Shown here in pieces: positions 41,035 through 50,726 of a stretch of DNA of 64,000 bases. The DNA is taken from assembly GCA_016234845.1 (NCBI GenBank), contig JACRNP010000030.1, positions 1 to 64,000 of the forward strand, read 5' to 3'. This DNA is from Deltaproteobacteria bacterium (GTDB taxonomy: Bacteria > Desulfobacterota > Deferrimicrobia > Deferrimicrobiales > Deferrimicrobiaceae). Both the position numbers and the translations under genes were made by a program. How positions within the stretch are numbered: the first letter of the stretch is position 1; every line of letters starts with the position of its first letter. The notes below the pieces were generated by a model. The model searched no databases. It saw only the letters and a program-made list of their open reading frames with translations, and had not been told where the DNA came from.

Positions 41035-41643
41035 ATGAAAAAACAACCCCCCATTTTCGGCCGGAAAAGGGCCGGAGGCGCCGGCATCCTGCTGTGGACC
41101 GTCCTTTCGGCCGCGATCCTTCTGGTCCCCCCCGCCATCCCGCACCTCACGGCGTCGAGGATCCCCCGGCCGGCCTCACGGGCCGCCGATGCCGTGTTCG
41201 TCCTTTCGGGGGGGGAGGGCCGGATCCAGGAAGGGTACCGGGAATGGACGGAACGGGGGGCCGGAGAGCTCTACATCCTCGGGGCGGGCGTCGGAGTGGA
41301 ACTGACCCGCATCCTGCCGGAAGCTTCGGCGCTGCCGGCATCGTCACGCTCCCGGATCCACGTGGAGATGTGGTCCGAGAACACGCTGGAGAACGCCTTT
41401 TCGGCGAAGTCGGTCGTAGGGTCCCGCGGCTTCACCTCCGTGGTGGTCGTCACTTCCGACTACCATGTCCCAAGGGCGTACCTTGCGTTCCGGAAAGTCC
41501 TGTCCCCCGGCTTGGACCTCACCGTCCTGCCGGTGCGGTCCGAGCGGTGGGAGCGGCCGGGCGCCGCATGGAGGTGGGGGAGAAGGCGGTTTCTCGAGGG
41601 GTGGAAATACTGGGGGTACCGGGTCCTGCTCCGCTGGGAGTAG
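41035..41643 (+). CDS. DUF218/YdcF-SanA-family protein (envelope integrity)
   Basis: N-terminal TM, ...AVFVLSGGEGR...TSDYHVPRA... typical DUF218. Confidence 0.75.
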   Translation: MKKQPPIFGRKRAGGAGILLWTVLSAAILLVPPAIPHLTASRIPRPASRAADAVFVLSGGEGRIQEGYREWTERGAGELYILGAGVGVELTRILPEASALPASSRSRIHVEMWSENTLENAFSAKSVVGSRGFTSVVVVTSDYHVPRAYLAFRKVLSPGLDLTVLPVRSERWERPGAAWRWGRRRFLEGWKYWGYRVLLRWE

Positions 41644-41666
41644 AATCCCCCGTCCCCCGGCGGGCG

Positions 41667-42323
41667 TCAGGCGTCGGGGTTTCGCCGCGAAAAATCCGGG
41701 ATCTTCCCCGCGTCCCGTACCAGGACGCGCCGCCCCGACACGGTCAGCCTTCCTTCCAGGAACAGGCGGATCGCCATCGGGTAGATCCGGTGCTCCTCCT
41801 TGAGGATGCGCGCCGCGAGGGAATCGTCCGTGTCGTCCTCGTGCACCGGGACGACCGCCTGCACGATCACCGGCCCGGTGTCCACCCCCTCGTCGAGGAA
41901 GTGCACGGTGCACCCGGAGAAGCGGACCCCGTACCGGACCGCCTGGGCGGGGCCGTGCGTTCCGGGGAAGGACGGCAGCAGCGCCGGGTGGATGTTCAGG
42001 ATCCGGTGCGGGAACGCCCGGAGGAATACCGGCGTCACCACGCGCATGAATCCGGCCAGGCAGACGAGGGAAGCGCCGGAAGCGCGGAGGATCTCCACCA
42101 GGCGAGCGTCGAACGCCTCCCGGCTCTCGAAGGCGCGGTGGTCCACAACCTCCGTGGGGATCCCGTGGTTCCGGGCGCGCACCAGGCCGTAGGCGTCCGC
42201 CTTGTTGCTCACGACGATCCCGACGCGGCACGGGATCTCCCCGCGCTCCGACGCGTCGATGATGGCCTGCAGGTTCGATCCGCTCCCCGACACGAGGACG
42301 GCTATGACGGCACGGTCGCTCAT
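41667..42323 (-). CDS. purN: Phosphoribosylglycinamide formyltransferase
   Basis: AVLVSGSGSNLQAI...NIHPALLPSFPG; ATG at 42323 (the upstream-extended ORF in the track is spurious). Confidence 0.9.
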   Translation of the reverse strand: MSDRAVIAVLVSGSGSNLQAIIDASERGEIPCRVGIVVSNKADAYGLVRARNHGIPTEVVDHRAFESREAFDARLVEILRASGASLVCLAGFMRVVTPVFLRAFPHRILNIHPALLPSFPGTHGPAQAVRYGVRFSGCTVHFLDEGVDTGPVIVQAVVPVHEDDTDDSLAARILKEEHRIYPMAIRLFLEGRLTVSGRRVLVRDAGKIPDFSRRNPDA

Positions 42324-43372
42324 CGCTTCCCCCCGACCAGGGCGACGCGGGGCTCCCCGCGGCCCTTGCGGATCTCGCCGATCACGCAGGCCGGGAACCC
42401 CGACCGGCGGAAGTGCGAAACCGCGCGGTCCGCGTCCCCCGGCCGGACCACGATCACCATCCCGATCCCCATGTTGAACGTCCGGAAACGGTCCGGTTCC
42501 GGCAACCGCGCCGCCTCGCAGAGCGTGCGGAACACCGGCGGGGGTTCCCACGAATCGCGATCCACGACCGCCGCGGTTCCGCGCGGAAGGGACCGCGGAA
42601 GGTTCCCCGTGATTCCCCCGCCGGTGATGTGCGCCATCGCCAGGATGCTTCCCTTCCGCAGGTAGGAGAGGACCGGCCGGACGTAGATCCGCGTCGGGCG
42701 GAGGAGCTCCTCCGCGACCGTGGCGCCCCACTCCGGAACGCGCTGGCCGATCCTCTTTCCCATCACCTCGAACACGATCTTCCGGGCGAGGGAGTAGCCG
42801 TTGCTGTGGAGACCGGAGGAGGCGAGGCCCACGAGCGCGTCGCCGGGGCGAACCCCCGCTCCCGTGATGATCGCGTGCCGGTCGGCGGCTCCCACGGCGA
42901 ACCCGGCGAGGTCGAACTCCCCCCGGGAGTAGACCGACGGCATCTCGGCGGTTTCCCCTCCCAGGAGGGCGCACCCGGCCTGCCGGCACCCTTCGGCGAC
43001 GCCCGAAACCACGCGCGCGCCCTCGGCCGCGGACAGCTTCCCGGTGGCGTAGTAGTCGAGGAAGAAGAGCGGCTCGGCGCCGTGCACGAGGATGTCGTTC
43101 ACGCACATGGCGACCAGGTCGATCCCCACCGTGTCGAACTTCCCCGCCATCGCGGCCACCTTGACCTTGGTGCCGACCCCGTCGGTGCCGGAGACCAGGA
43201 CCGGGTCGCGGAACTTCCGCTTCGGGAAGCGGAAGAACCCGGCGAATCCGCCGATGTCTCCCAGGACTTCCTTCCGGTGCGTCGTCCGGACCATCGGGCG
43301 GATCAGGGAGACGAGGCGTTCCCCCTCGTCGATGTCGACGCCCGCGGTCTTGTAGGTGACGGGTTTTTTCAA
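42320..43372 (-). CDS. purM: Phosphoribosylformylglycinamidine cyclo-ligase (AIR synthetase)
   Basis: VTYKTAGVDIDEGERLV...GGFAG...; TTG start at 43372; the ORF-track extension upstream to 44515 is antisense noise. Confidence 0.88.
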   Translation of the reverse strand: MKKPVTYKTAGVDIDEGERLVSLIRPMVRTTHRKEVLGDIGGFAGFFRFPKRKFRDPVLVSGTDGVGTKVKVAAMAGKFDTVGIDLVAMCVNDILVHGAEPLFFLDYYATGKLSAAEGARVVSGVAEGCRQAGCALLGGETAEMPSVYSRGEFDLAGFAVGAADRHAIITGAGVRPGDALVGLASSGLHSNGYSLARKIVFEVMGKRIGQRVPEWGATVAEELLRPTRIYVRPVLSYLRKGSILAMAHITGGGITGNLPRSLPRGTAAVVDRDSWEPPPVFRTLCEAARLPEPDRFRTFNMGIGMVIVVRPGDADRAVSHFRRSGFPACVIGEIRKGRGEPRVALVGGKR

Positions 43373-43474
43373 CGTCGCGGCTCCGTTCCGTGCGTACCTA
43401 AACGGTAGCGATCCACGGACGTGGATGTCAATGATTTTCCCCCCTCGGGGAGGTAAGATAGGAAGATTCGAGTC

Positions 43475-44242
43475 ATGGAGGCACGCGTGGCGACGAAGGT
43501 CGGGATCGTCATCCTCGGGGACGAGGTGCTGAAGGGGGAGGTCCGCGAGGCCAACCTCGCCTACATGCTCCCGCTTCTCGCGGAGTGGGGTGCGGAGACG
43601 ACGCTGTGCGCGATCCTTCCCGACGACATCCCGGTCGTGGTTCGCCACCTGCGGGCGTACCTCAAGGAGGCGGACCTCCTGATCCTCACGGGAGGGATCG
43701 GCCCCACGCCGGACGACATCACCCGGGACGCGGTTGCGGAGGTCGCCGGCGTGCCGCTGGTCGTGGACGAGGAGACCCGGGCCGCGTTGGAGGCCAGGCC
43801 GTTCCAGGGGGGGAACCCGAAGTACCGGATGTTGATGGCGCACGTCCCGCAGGGGTCGACCCTGATTCCGAACCCGTACTCCCCGGCGCCGGGTTTCTAC
43901 GTCCACCGGATGGCGGCGTTCCCCGGCATCCCCCGGCTGCTGCAGGCGATGTTCGGCTGGGTCCGTCCGCTGGTGGAAGGGAGCCGGAAGACCCGGGTCA
44001 CCCTCTATTCGATGGCGCCCGAATCTTCCTACGCCGGGATCATGGGGGAGATGATCGCGGCGTACCCCGATGTCGGGATCGGATCGTACCCGGTCACCGA
44101 CGGGGAGTACAGGGTCCGCGTGGTGTTTCGCGGCCCGGGGTTCGCCCGGACCGCAGAGTGCGCCGCCCGGTTCGAGGAGAAGCTCGCCGGCATCGGGTAC
44201 AATGTCCTCCGCAGGCTGGAGGAGCGGGGGGACGATGCGTAA
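43475..44242 (+). CDS. CinA-like molybdopterin-binding (MoCF-biosynthesis-type) domain protein
   Basis: VGIVILGDEVLKGEVREANLAYMLP...LILTGGIGPTPDDITRDAV; 255 aa. Confidence 0.8.
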   Translation: MEARVATKVGIVILGDEVLKGEVREANLAYMLPLLAEWGAETTLCAILPDDIPVVVRHLRAYLKEADLLILTGGIGPTPDDITRDAVAEVAGVPLVVDEETRAALEARPFQGGNPKYRMLMAHVPQGSTLIPNPYSPAPGFYVHRMAAFPGIPRLLQAMFGWVRPLVEGSRKTRVTLYSMAPESSYAGIMGEMIAAYPDVGIGSYPVTDGEYRVRVVFRGPGFARTAECAARFEEKLAGIGYNVLRRLEERGDDA

Positions 44243-44927
44243 CGCATGCCGGAACGCCTTGATCCTGCTGGTGCTTCTTTCCGCGGCCGCGGTTCCCGAA
44301 GGCGTCCTCTCCGCGGAAGACGCGATGCGCGGCTGGAGGGAATCGACGTCGTCCGGGTTGTGGAGCCCAGCCCCCGAGAGGCGCGCCGGGTTCACCGACA
44401 ACGGCGTTTCCGTCGAGATGACGCTTCCCCCCGGGACGGGAGTCGCGTACTCCCGCTCCGGCCGGTTCATGCACGACAACGCGGCGATTCGCCTCGCCAC
44501 CGACAACGTGAACACGTCGGGGAACGAATATTATCCCGGAGAGGCGAACTTCCCGGTCGCGGTCACCTTCGTTTTCGGCGACGACTCGCTGAGGCTGGGG
44601 GTGAAGCAACGGGTGTGGCTCTTCTTCCGGCAGTTGTGGAACGGGTTCACCCCGTCCGGCATCCGCCTGACCTACGCCTGGGGAAACCGGCTCCCCGTGG
44701 GATCGATGTACCGCTTGTGGGAGGAGGAGACGGTGTTCGTCCTGGCCGGCCCCGACGAGGTCGGGAAGGCGGTCAACGCCGTCCGACGGATCCGGGACGA
44801 TTTCCGGGCGGCGTACGGCAGGCCGCCGAAAGGTCCCGTCACCGAGGTGAAGCTGCGGGCCGGAAGGCCGTCCGGGGAGAAGGGGTCGGCGCGCTCCGCC
44901 GCCACGGTGCGGTTTCCGGCCGATTGA
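44238..44927 (+). CDS. Secreted hypothetical protein (DUF3047-like)
   Basis: Signal peptide MRNACRNALILLVLLSAAAVPEG; no catalytic motif recognised. Confidence 0.55.
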   Translation, partial: RNACRNALILLVLLSAAAVPEGVLSAEDAMRGWRESTSSGLWSPAPERRAGFTDNGVSVEMTLPPGTGVAYSRSGRFMHDNAAIRLATDNVNTSGNEYYPGEANFPVAVTFVFGDDSLRLGVKQRVWLFFRQLWNGFTPSGIRLTYAWGNRLPVGSMYRLWEEETVFVLAGPDEVGKAVNAVRRIRDDFRAAYGRPPKGPVTEVKLRAGRPSGEKGSARSAATVRFPAD

Positions 44928-44949
44928 TCCGCCCGCGAACCCGAGAGTG

Positions 44950-46050
44950 CTATTTCGGCGAGGGGGAAGGCGATTCCTTCGGCGCCGGGGCGGGTGCGCC
45001 CGGAGCCTCTTTCTGCTGGGACTTCCGCGTCATCGCGATCTGCAGCCCGCGGGCGTATTCGGCCCTCGGATCCGATCCGATCGCCTTCACGAAATGGTCG
45101 ATCGCCGCGTCGTACTCCCCCCGATCGAGACGGATCTTGCCGATCTCGTTGTGGGCGGGCGCGAAACGGGGACGGGCCTGGACGGTCCTTTCGAACAGGG
45201 CCGTGGCCTCGGCCACCCGCTTCATTCGAAGCATCGTCAACCCTTCCGCGTACCAGATCTCATACCCTTTCCGGTACGCCGCGGAGACGAGCTCCGCGCG
45301 CCGCAGCTCCTTCAGCGCATCCTGCAGGTTGCCCGCCGTGAGGAATTCGACGCCGAGACGATAGCGTGCGTCGACGAAGCGCGGATCCAGCGCGATGGCC
45401 TTTCGATATTCCTCGACGGCGCGAGGGCGATCTCCCAGCCGGGAATACAGCTTCCCCGCCTGAAAATGCTCGAGCCGGGTGCGGATCGTCTTCAGGTTGA
45501 ACTTCGCGAACTCGTTGTTCGGATTCAGCTTGATCGCCCGGCGCATCTCGAAGATGGCGTCCTCGTAGTGCCGCTCGTAGTAATGCGCCAGCCCCAGGGC
45601 GTTGTACGCCTCGTCCAGGGCGGCTCCGCGCGGAGCGGACGCGATGCAGTTCCGCAGCACCGAGGCGGCCTCCTCGTTCCTGCCGCTCTTGACGAGGAGC
45701 CTCCCCAGCCCGACGCCCGACCGGAACAGCAGGTCGTCGCGCGTCTTCCCGCCGGATTTTCCGGCGACCTCCGGCATCCCCTGGTACAGCTCCTCCGCTT
45801 TCGAGTAGGTGTTGATATCGCGGGAGTACAGGTTCGCCAGCTGGAGGCGGGCCTCGCCGTGGACCGGGTGCTCCGCGATCGCCCGGGCGAACGCCGACCG
45901 GGCTTCCGCGTAATTTCCCGCGTTCACCAGGTCGCGCCCCCGGGAGTAGTGGGCGTCCGCCTCCGCCGCGCCGGAAATCGCGGGGCGAGGGCAGGCGACG
46001 ATCGACATTGCGAGGAGGGTCAGGGGGATGAGGGAGGTACCGTGCCGCAC
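44950..46050 (-). CDS. TPR-repeat lipoprotein
   Basis: Lipobox ...TLLAMSIVAC then >=7 TPR-like repeats (AEARSAFARAIAEHP..., YEDAIFEMRRAIKLNPNN..., AVEEYRKAIALDP...); C-terminal P/A/S-rich tail. Start set to GTG 46050 on signal-peptide grounds (ORF extends to 46107). Confidence 0.7.
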   Translation of the reverse strand: MRHGTSLIPLTLLAMSIVACPRPAISGAAEADAHYSRGRDLVNAGNYAEARSAFARAIAEHPVHGEARLQLANLYSRDINTYSKAEELYQGMPEVAGKSGGKTRDDLLFRSGVGLGRLLVKSGRNEEAASVLRNCIASAPRGAALDEAYNALGLAHYYERHYEDAIFEMRRAIKLNPNNEFAKFNLKTIRTRLEHFQAGKLYSRLGDRPRAVEEYRKAIALDPRFVDARYRLGVEFLTAGNLQDALKELRRAELVSAAYRKGYEIWYAEGLTMLRMKRVAEATALFERTVQARPRFAPAHNEIGKIRLDRGEYDAAIDHFVKAIGSDPRAEYARGLQIAMTRKSQQKEAPGAPAPAPKESPSPSPK

Positions 46051-46112
46051 AGCCACCCCGGCGAACGGACAGCGATGAACATCCTTCGTTGTGCTACTAT
46101 ACGTCACAAACG

Positions 46113-47561
46113 ATGCGGCGGGTATGGAAATCTTCCATCGCGCCCCTGCTGTTCTTCGCGGCGGCCGCGATCCTGACCGGGGAACCTTCCCACGGAGCGG
46201 AACGCCCGGTCAACCCGCACCGGTCCTTCCCCTGCAAGGATTGCCACGCCCGGATCCCCGACAAGGGGAAAAGCTCCGCGTCCGAGGTCCTGTCCGGCCT
46301 GTTGAAGTCTCCGGTGGAACTGTGCCGGGGTTGCCACTCCGACGCCGAGACCACCCACCATCCGGTCGTGAAGCGGACGGCACGCCGCCTTCCGGAAGGG
46401 CTTCCCTTGAGCGCCGGCGGCGAGGTGATCTGCTCGACCTGCCACGACGTCCACCAGGAGAAACCGGCCGTGTTCCTGCTCCGCGGCTACGACACCGGCA
46501 GGTACTCCGTCCGGATGGACATGTGCCTCGACTGCCACGGGGAGGAGTTCCGCGCCATCAACCCGCACCACGCCGGAGCGGAGACCGAAAAGTGCCACAC
46601 GTGCCACCTGGGGCGGCCCGGCGATCCCGACGGGCCTTCCGTGAAGATCCAGGAGAACCTCGAGCGGATCTGCGACTTCTGCCACGACGTGCGTTCCCGG
46701 GCGCATCCCGGGAACGTGGATGCGCTGAAGAAGCTTCCGGAATCGCTCCCCAGGGGGAAGAACGGCGAGACGATGTGCGGGACGTGCCACGACCCGCACG
46801 GGGCGCCGGACACCATCCACTTCCTCCGGATACCGTACGTGGAGGCGCTGGAGCGCGGACGATACGCCAACCCCCACGGGAAGGTCGACTACACCTCCTG
46901 CATGGGGTGCCACCTCGGGGTGTCCGTCCGGAAGGAGGAGATGCGGACGAACCTCCGGTACGGCGGGGACGACATGCGGATCTGCCACTCTTGCCACGGC
47001 GCGATGGACGCCTGCCACCCGGTGCTGGTGAACCTGCCGGAGAGCATGAACCCGGGGAAGGACCTCCCGCTCTCCTCCGACGGCAAGATCAAGTGCCTGA
47101 CGTGCCACGACCCGATGCCGGAGACCGGGAGCGGAGTCGCGGTCCGGAGGAAGGAGAAAGGGGAGCCGAGGAATGCGCTCTGCTACCGGTGCCACGACAA
47201 GGAGGACCTGTCCGGGAGAAATCCGCACGCGTCGATGACGAACCGGGAGACGTGCAAATTCTGCCACGACACGATGACCGATCCCACAAACGAGGAAGCG
47301 GGGCAGATCTCGTTCATCTCCAACACCCGGCTGATCTGCCTCCGCTGCCACTCCCAGGACCGCCACCCTTCCGGAGTCGACCACATGGTGACGCCGCGCC
47401 TGGCCGTCCCCGAGCCGTTCAAGGTTGATTCCCGGGGACGCCTTACGTGCACGACGTGCCACAATCCGCACATCGACGTGCGGGGGGAGGGGAAGGCGAA
47501 GGGGCGTTTCGTGACCGAAGGGGAGGGGCGGGCGATCTGCTCCAACTGCCACCGCAGGTAG
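46113..47561 (+). CDS. Multiheme c-type cytochrome (15 CxxCH motifs)
   Basis: Signal peptide [23 protein letters not shown]; 15 CxxCH motifs (CKDCH, CRGCH, CSTCH, CLDCH, CHTCH, CDFCH, CGTCH, CMGCH, CHSCH, CLTCH, CYRCH, CKFCH, CLRCH, CTTCH, CSNCH). Confidence 0.9.
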   Translation: MRRVWKSSIAPLLFFAAAAILTGEPSHGAERPVNPHRSFPCKDCHARIPDKGKSSASEVLSGLLKSPVELCRGCHSDAETTHHPVVKRTARRLPEGLPLSAGGEVICSTCHDVHQEKPAVFLLRGYDTGRYSVRMDMCLDCHGEEFRAINPHHAGAETEKCHTCHLGRPGDPDGPSVKIQENLERICDFCHDVRSRAHPGNVDALKKLPESLPRGKNGETMCGTCHDPHGAPDTIHFLRIPYVEALERGRYANPHGKVDYTSCMGCHLGVSVRKEEMRTNLRYGGDDMRICHSCHGAMDACHPVLVNLPESMNPGKDLPLSSDGKIKCLTCHDPMPETGSGVAVRRKEKGEPRNALCYRCHDKEDLSGRNPHASMTNRETCKFCHDTMTDPTNEEAGQISFISNTRLICLRCHSQDRHPSGVDHMVTPRLAVPEPFKVDSRGRLTCTTCHNPHIDVRGEGKAKGRFVTEGEGRAICSNCHRR

Positions 47562-47565
47562 GCCG

Positions 47566-48792
47566 CTACTCGTACCGGAGCGCCTCGATCGGGTCCATCC
47601 GGGACGCCTTCCTCGCCGGGTAGAATCCGAAGAAGATCCCCACCGCCGCGGAGAATCCGAACGCCAGGACCACCGCGCCGGGGGAGATGACGGTGGACCA
47701 CCCCGCGTAGCGGGAAGTGAGCAGAGCGCCGCCGGCCCCCAGGCCGATCCCGACCGCACCCCCGGTCGCGGCCAGAAGCACCGCCTCGATCAGGAACTGG
47801 GAAAGGATGTCCCGCTCGCGCGCCCCGACCGCCATCCGGATCCCGATCTCCCGGGTCCTCTCCGTGACCGACACGAGCATGATGTTCATGATCCCGATCC
47901 CCCCGACGATCAGGGACACGGAGGCGATCCCGCCCAGGAGGAGGCTCATGATCTTCGTGGCGGATTCCGCCAGCGCGAGCATCTCGGAGAGGTTCCGGAC
48001 CGAGAAGTCGTCGTCCTGGCCCGGCCCGATCCGGTGCCGCTGTCGCAGCAGCGCGGCGATCTGTCGCTCGGCCTCCTTTACGCTTTCCGCGTCGACCGCC
48101 TGCGCCATGACGACACCGACGGTGCCGGCATGGGCGCTGGCGTAGAGCTTCTTCTGGAGCGTCGTGATCGGCAGGATCACCGTGTCGTCCTGGTCCTGCC
48201 CCTGGGGCGACTGCCCCTTCCGCTCCAGCACCCCGACCACGGTGAACGGGGACCGCTTGATCCGGACGATCTTCCCGACCGGGTCCTCGGAGCCGAACAG
48301 GGAATCCGCCACCGTCTGCCCCAGGAGGCACACCTTGGAGGCCGCCTCCAACTCCTGCGCCGTGAAGTTCCGCCCCGACACGGTGTTCCACTCGCGCATC
48401 TCGAGGTAGTCCGTCCCCGTCCCCTGGACGATGGTGCTCCAGTTCTGGTTTCCGTAGACCACGGGGGCGCTGGTCCGGACCGAGGGGGAGGACAGGCGCA
48501 CCGCGGAGAGCTCCTTTCCGATCGCCCGGGCGTCCGCCATCGTGAGCGTCGGGGTGCCGCCGAACCCGGAGCGCAACCCACCCGATGTGGTGCTCCCCGG
48601 GAGGATGAGCAGGAGATTCGATCCGATCGAGGAGATCTGGGCGGATATCCGCTCGTTTGCCCCCTCTCCGATGGCGACCATCACGATGACCGCGGCGACG
48701 CCGATGATCATACCGAGCATCGTCAGCACCGAGCGCATCTTGTTGGCGCGCAGGGAGCGGAAGGACACCTTCGCGGCGGAGTAGAGGTTCAC
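47566..48792 (-). CDS. MacB-type ABC transporter permease (FtsX family)
   Basis: 408 aa; N-TM, ~220-aa periplasmic domain, C-terminal FtsX TM bundle ending ...DPIEALRYE. Confidence 0.88.
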   Translation of the reverse strand: MNLYSAAKVSFRSLRANKMRSVLTMLGMIIGVAAVIVMVAIGEGANERISAQISSIGSNLLLILPGSTTSGGLRSGFGGTPTLTMADARAIGKELSAVRLSSPSVRTSAPVVYGNQNWSTIVQGTGTDYLEMREWNTVSGRNFTAQELEAASKVCLLGQTVADSLFGSEDPVGKIVRIKRSPFTVVGVLERKGQSPQGQDQDDTVILPITTLQKKLYASAHAGTVGVVMAQAVDAESVKEAERQIAALLRQRHRIGPGQDDDFSVRNLSEMLALAESATKIMSLLLGGIASVSLIVGGIGIMNIMLVSVTERTREIGIRMAVGARERDILSQFLIEAVLLAATGGAVGIGLGAGGALLTSRYAGWSTVISPGAVVLAFGFSAAVGIFFGFYPARKASRMDPIEALRYE

Positions 48793-49523
48793 GCTTCCGC
48801 CGCCGGTGGGGGCGACGCCGCACGGCGCCGGTTATGGACGGGCAGGTCCTCCACGATCCGACCGTCGCGGAAACGGACGATCCTTCGCGCGTACCCGGAG
48901 ATGTCCGGCTCGTGCGTCACCAGGACGAGGGTGATCCCGCGCTCCTCGTTCAGCTGCTGGAAAATTCCCAGGATCTCGTCGCTCGTCGCGGAGTCGAGGT
49001 TTCCCGTCGGCTCGTCCGCCAGGAGGAGGGCCGGGGTGTTGACGATCGCGCGGGCGATGGCCACGCGCTGCTGCTGCCCTCCCGAGAGCTGGCTCGGGAG
49101 ATGGTGGGAGCGTTCCTCGAGCCCGACGGCGGAGAGCGCGGCGGACGCCCTGTCCCGCCGGACGGCGGTCGGCGTTCCGTCGTAGATCATCGGCAGCTCG
49201 ACGTTCTCCCGCGCGGAGAGCCTCGGCAGGAGGTTGAATCCCTGGAAGACGAAGCCGATCCGGTTCCGCCGGAGGACCGCCCGCGCGTCGCGCGAGAGGC
49301 CCGCCACCTCCTCTCCGTCGAGCCGGTAGCTTCCCGACGTGGGGCGGTCGAGGCATCCGAGGATGTTCATCAGGGTGGATTTCCCCGATCCGGAGGCGCC
49401 CATCACCGCGACGAAATCCCCCGCCAGGATGGACAGGTCCACCCCCTTCAGCGCCTCGACGCGGACGTCTCCCAGAAGGTACGTCTTCACGAGTCCGCCG
49501 ATCTCGATCGCCGCGGTGCCCAT
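48789..49523 (-). CDS. MacB-type ABC transporter ATP-binding protein
   Basis: [35 protein letters not shown]. Confidence 0.9.
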   Translation of the reverse strand: MGTAAIEIGGLVKTYLLGDVRVEALKGVDLSILAGDFVAVMGASGSGKSTLMNILGCLDRPTSGSYRLDGEEVAGLSRDARAVLRRNRIGFVFQGFNLLPRLSARENVELPMIYDGTPTAVRRDRASAALSAVGLEERSHHLPSQLSGGQQQRVAIARAIVNTPALLLADEPTGNLDSATSDEILGIFQQLNEERGITLVLVTHEPDISGYARRIVRFRDGRIVEDLPVHNRRRAASPPPAAEA

Positions 49524-49529
49524 CGCGCG

Positions 49530-50726
49530 CTACCGGATCCCCCCGAATCCCATTCCGGGGGGGCTGCCGCCGCCGTTCTTTTTCTGGCCGGTCTCGCCCG
49601 TCACGAGCGCATCGCCGTCCTTCAGGGGGCCGTCCAGCAGCTGCGTGAACGTCCCGTTCGACACCCCGGTGCGGATCGTCACGGGGGCCGGCCTGCCGTC
49701 CTTGCCCAAGATGTAGACCTTCTGGCCGGCCGGCTCCTTCTCCCGTTCCCGCTTCTTCCCTTCGGCCCTCTCCTTCGAGTCCGCAGGGCGGTACCGCAGC
49801 GCGGCGTTGGGGATCTTCAGGACGTCCTCGTACTTTTTCACCTCGATCGTCACGTTGGCGGTCATCCCGGGTTTCAGGGAAAGATCCCGGTTGTCGACCC
49901 GGACGACGACGTTGTACGTGACCACGTTCTGGGTGACGATCGGCGAGTTGCGGACCTGCTCCACCCTCCCCGAGAACACCTTCTCCGGGTACGCATCCAC
50001 GGTGAAGGTCGCGGTCTGCCCCGGGATCGCCCGGCCGATGTCCGACTCGTCCACGTTCGTGTCGATCTGCATCTTCGTCAGGTCCTGCGCGATGGAGAAG
50101 AGGGTCGGCGTCTGGAAGCTCGCCGCCACCGTCTGGCCGACGTCCACGCTGCGCGAGATGACGATCCCGTCCACCGGGGAGCGGATGGTGGCGTACTCCA
50201 GGTTGGTCTGCGCGGTGTTCCGGGACGCCTCCGCCTGGCGGAGCGCCGCCTCGGCGCTCCGTTTCTGGGCGAGCGCCTGCTCGTAGGCGGTCTGCGCCGA
50301 ATCGACGTCGGCCTGCGCCACGAACCCGCTCCGGATCAGCTCCTGGTTCCTCCGGTACGTCCGATCCGTGTCGATCACCCCCACCTGCGCCCTCTCGAGG
50401 GATGCCTTGGCGTTTTCGACCGCCGCCTGCGCCTGGACCAGCGCCGACTCGAGGAGTCGCGGATCGACCTGCGCGATCACCTGTCCCTTCCGCACCCGCG
50501 AGTTGAAGTCGACGAAGATCTGCTGGATCGTTCCGGAGATCTGGCTTCCGACCGACACGGTGGTCACCGCGTTGATGTTCCCCGTGGCCGTGATCGCGTC
50601 GATGATCACGCCCTTCTCGACCTTCGCGGTCCGGAACACCGATCCCTGGGGCGACTTCGTAAACCAGGCGTACGCGCCGGCGGAAATCGCCAGGGCGATC
50701 GCAACGGCGACCGCTGCCTTCCTCAT
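49530..50726 (-). CDS. Periplasmic adaptor (membrane fusion protein, HlyD/MacA family)
   Basis: N-terminal TM MRKAAVAVAIALAISAGAYA, coiled-coil, beta-barrel/MP domains; ATGA overlap with upstream tolC. Confidence 0.88.
   Translation of the reverse strand: MRKAAVAVAIALAISAGAYAWFTKSPQGSVFRTAKVEKGVIIDAITATGNINAVTTVSVGSQISGTIQQIFVDFNSRVRKGQVIAQVDPRLLESALVQAQAAVENAKASLERAQVGVIDTDRTYRRNQELIRSGFVAQADVDSAQTAYEQALAQKRSAEAALRQAEASRNTAQTNLEYATIRSPVDGIVISRSVDVGQTVAASFQTPTLFSIAQDLTKMQIDTNVDESDIGRAIPGQTATFTVDAYPEKVFSGRVEQVRNSPIVTQNVVTYNVVVRVDNRDLSLKPGMTANVTIEVKKYEDVLKIPNAALRYRPADSKERAEGKKREREKEPAGQKVYILGKDGRPAPVTIRTGVSNGTFTQLLDGPLKDGDALVTGETGQKKNGGGSPPGMGFGGIR

Noticed and set aside
41667-43106. 479-aa minus-strand ORF extending purN far upstream (into purM).
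   Set aside because: Only the C-terminal 219 aa (from MSDRAVIAVLVSGSGSN) match PurN. The upstream part is low-complexity and overlaps purM in another frame. The true start is the ATG at 42323.
42320-44515. 731-aa minus-strand ORF extending purM upstream over the cinA-like gene.
   Set aside because: The PurM homology begins at ...LKKPVTYKTAGVDID (TTG 43372). The upstream 380 aa is antisense to the cinA-like and DUF3047 genes and is compositionally biased.
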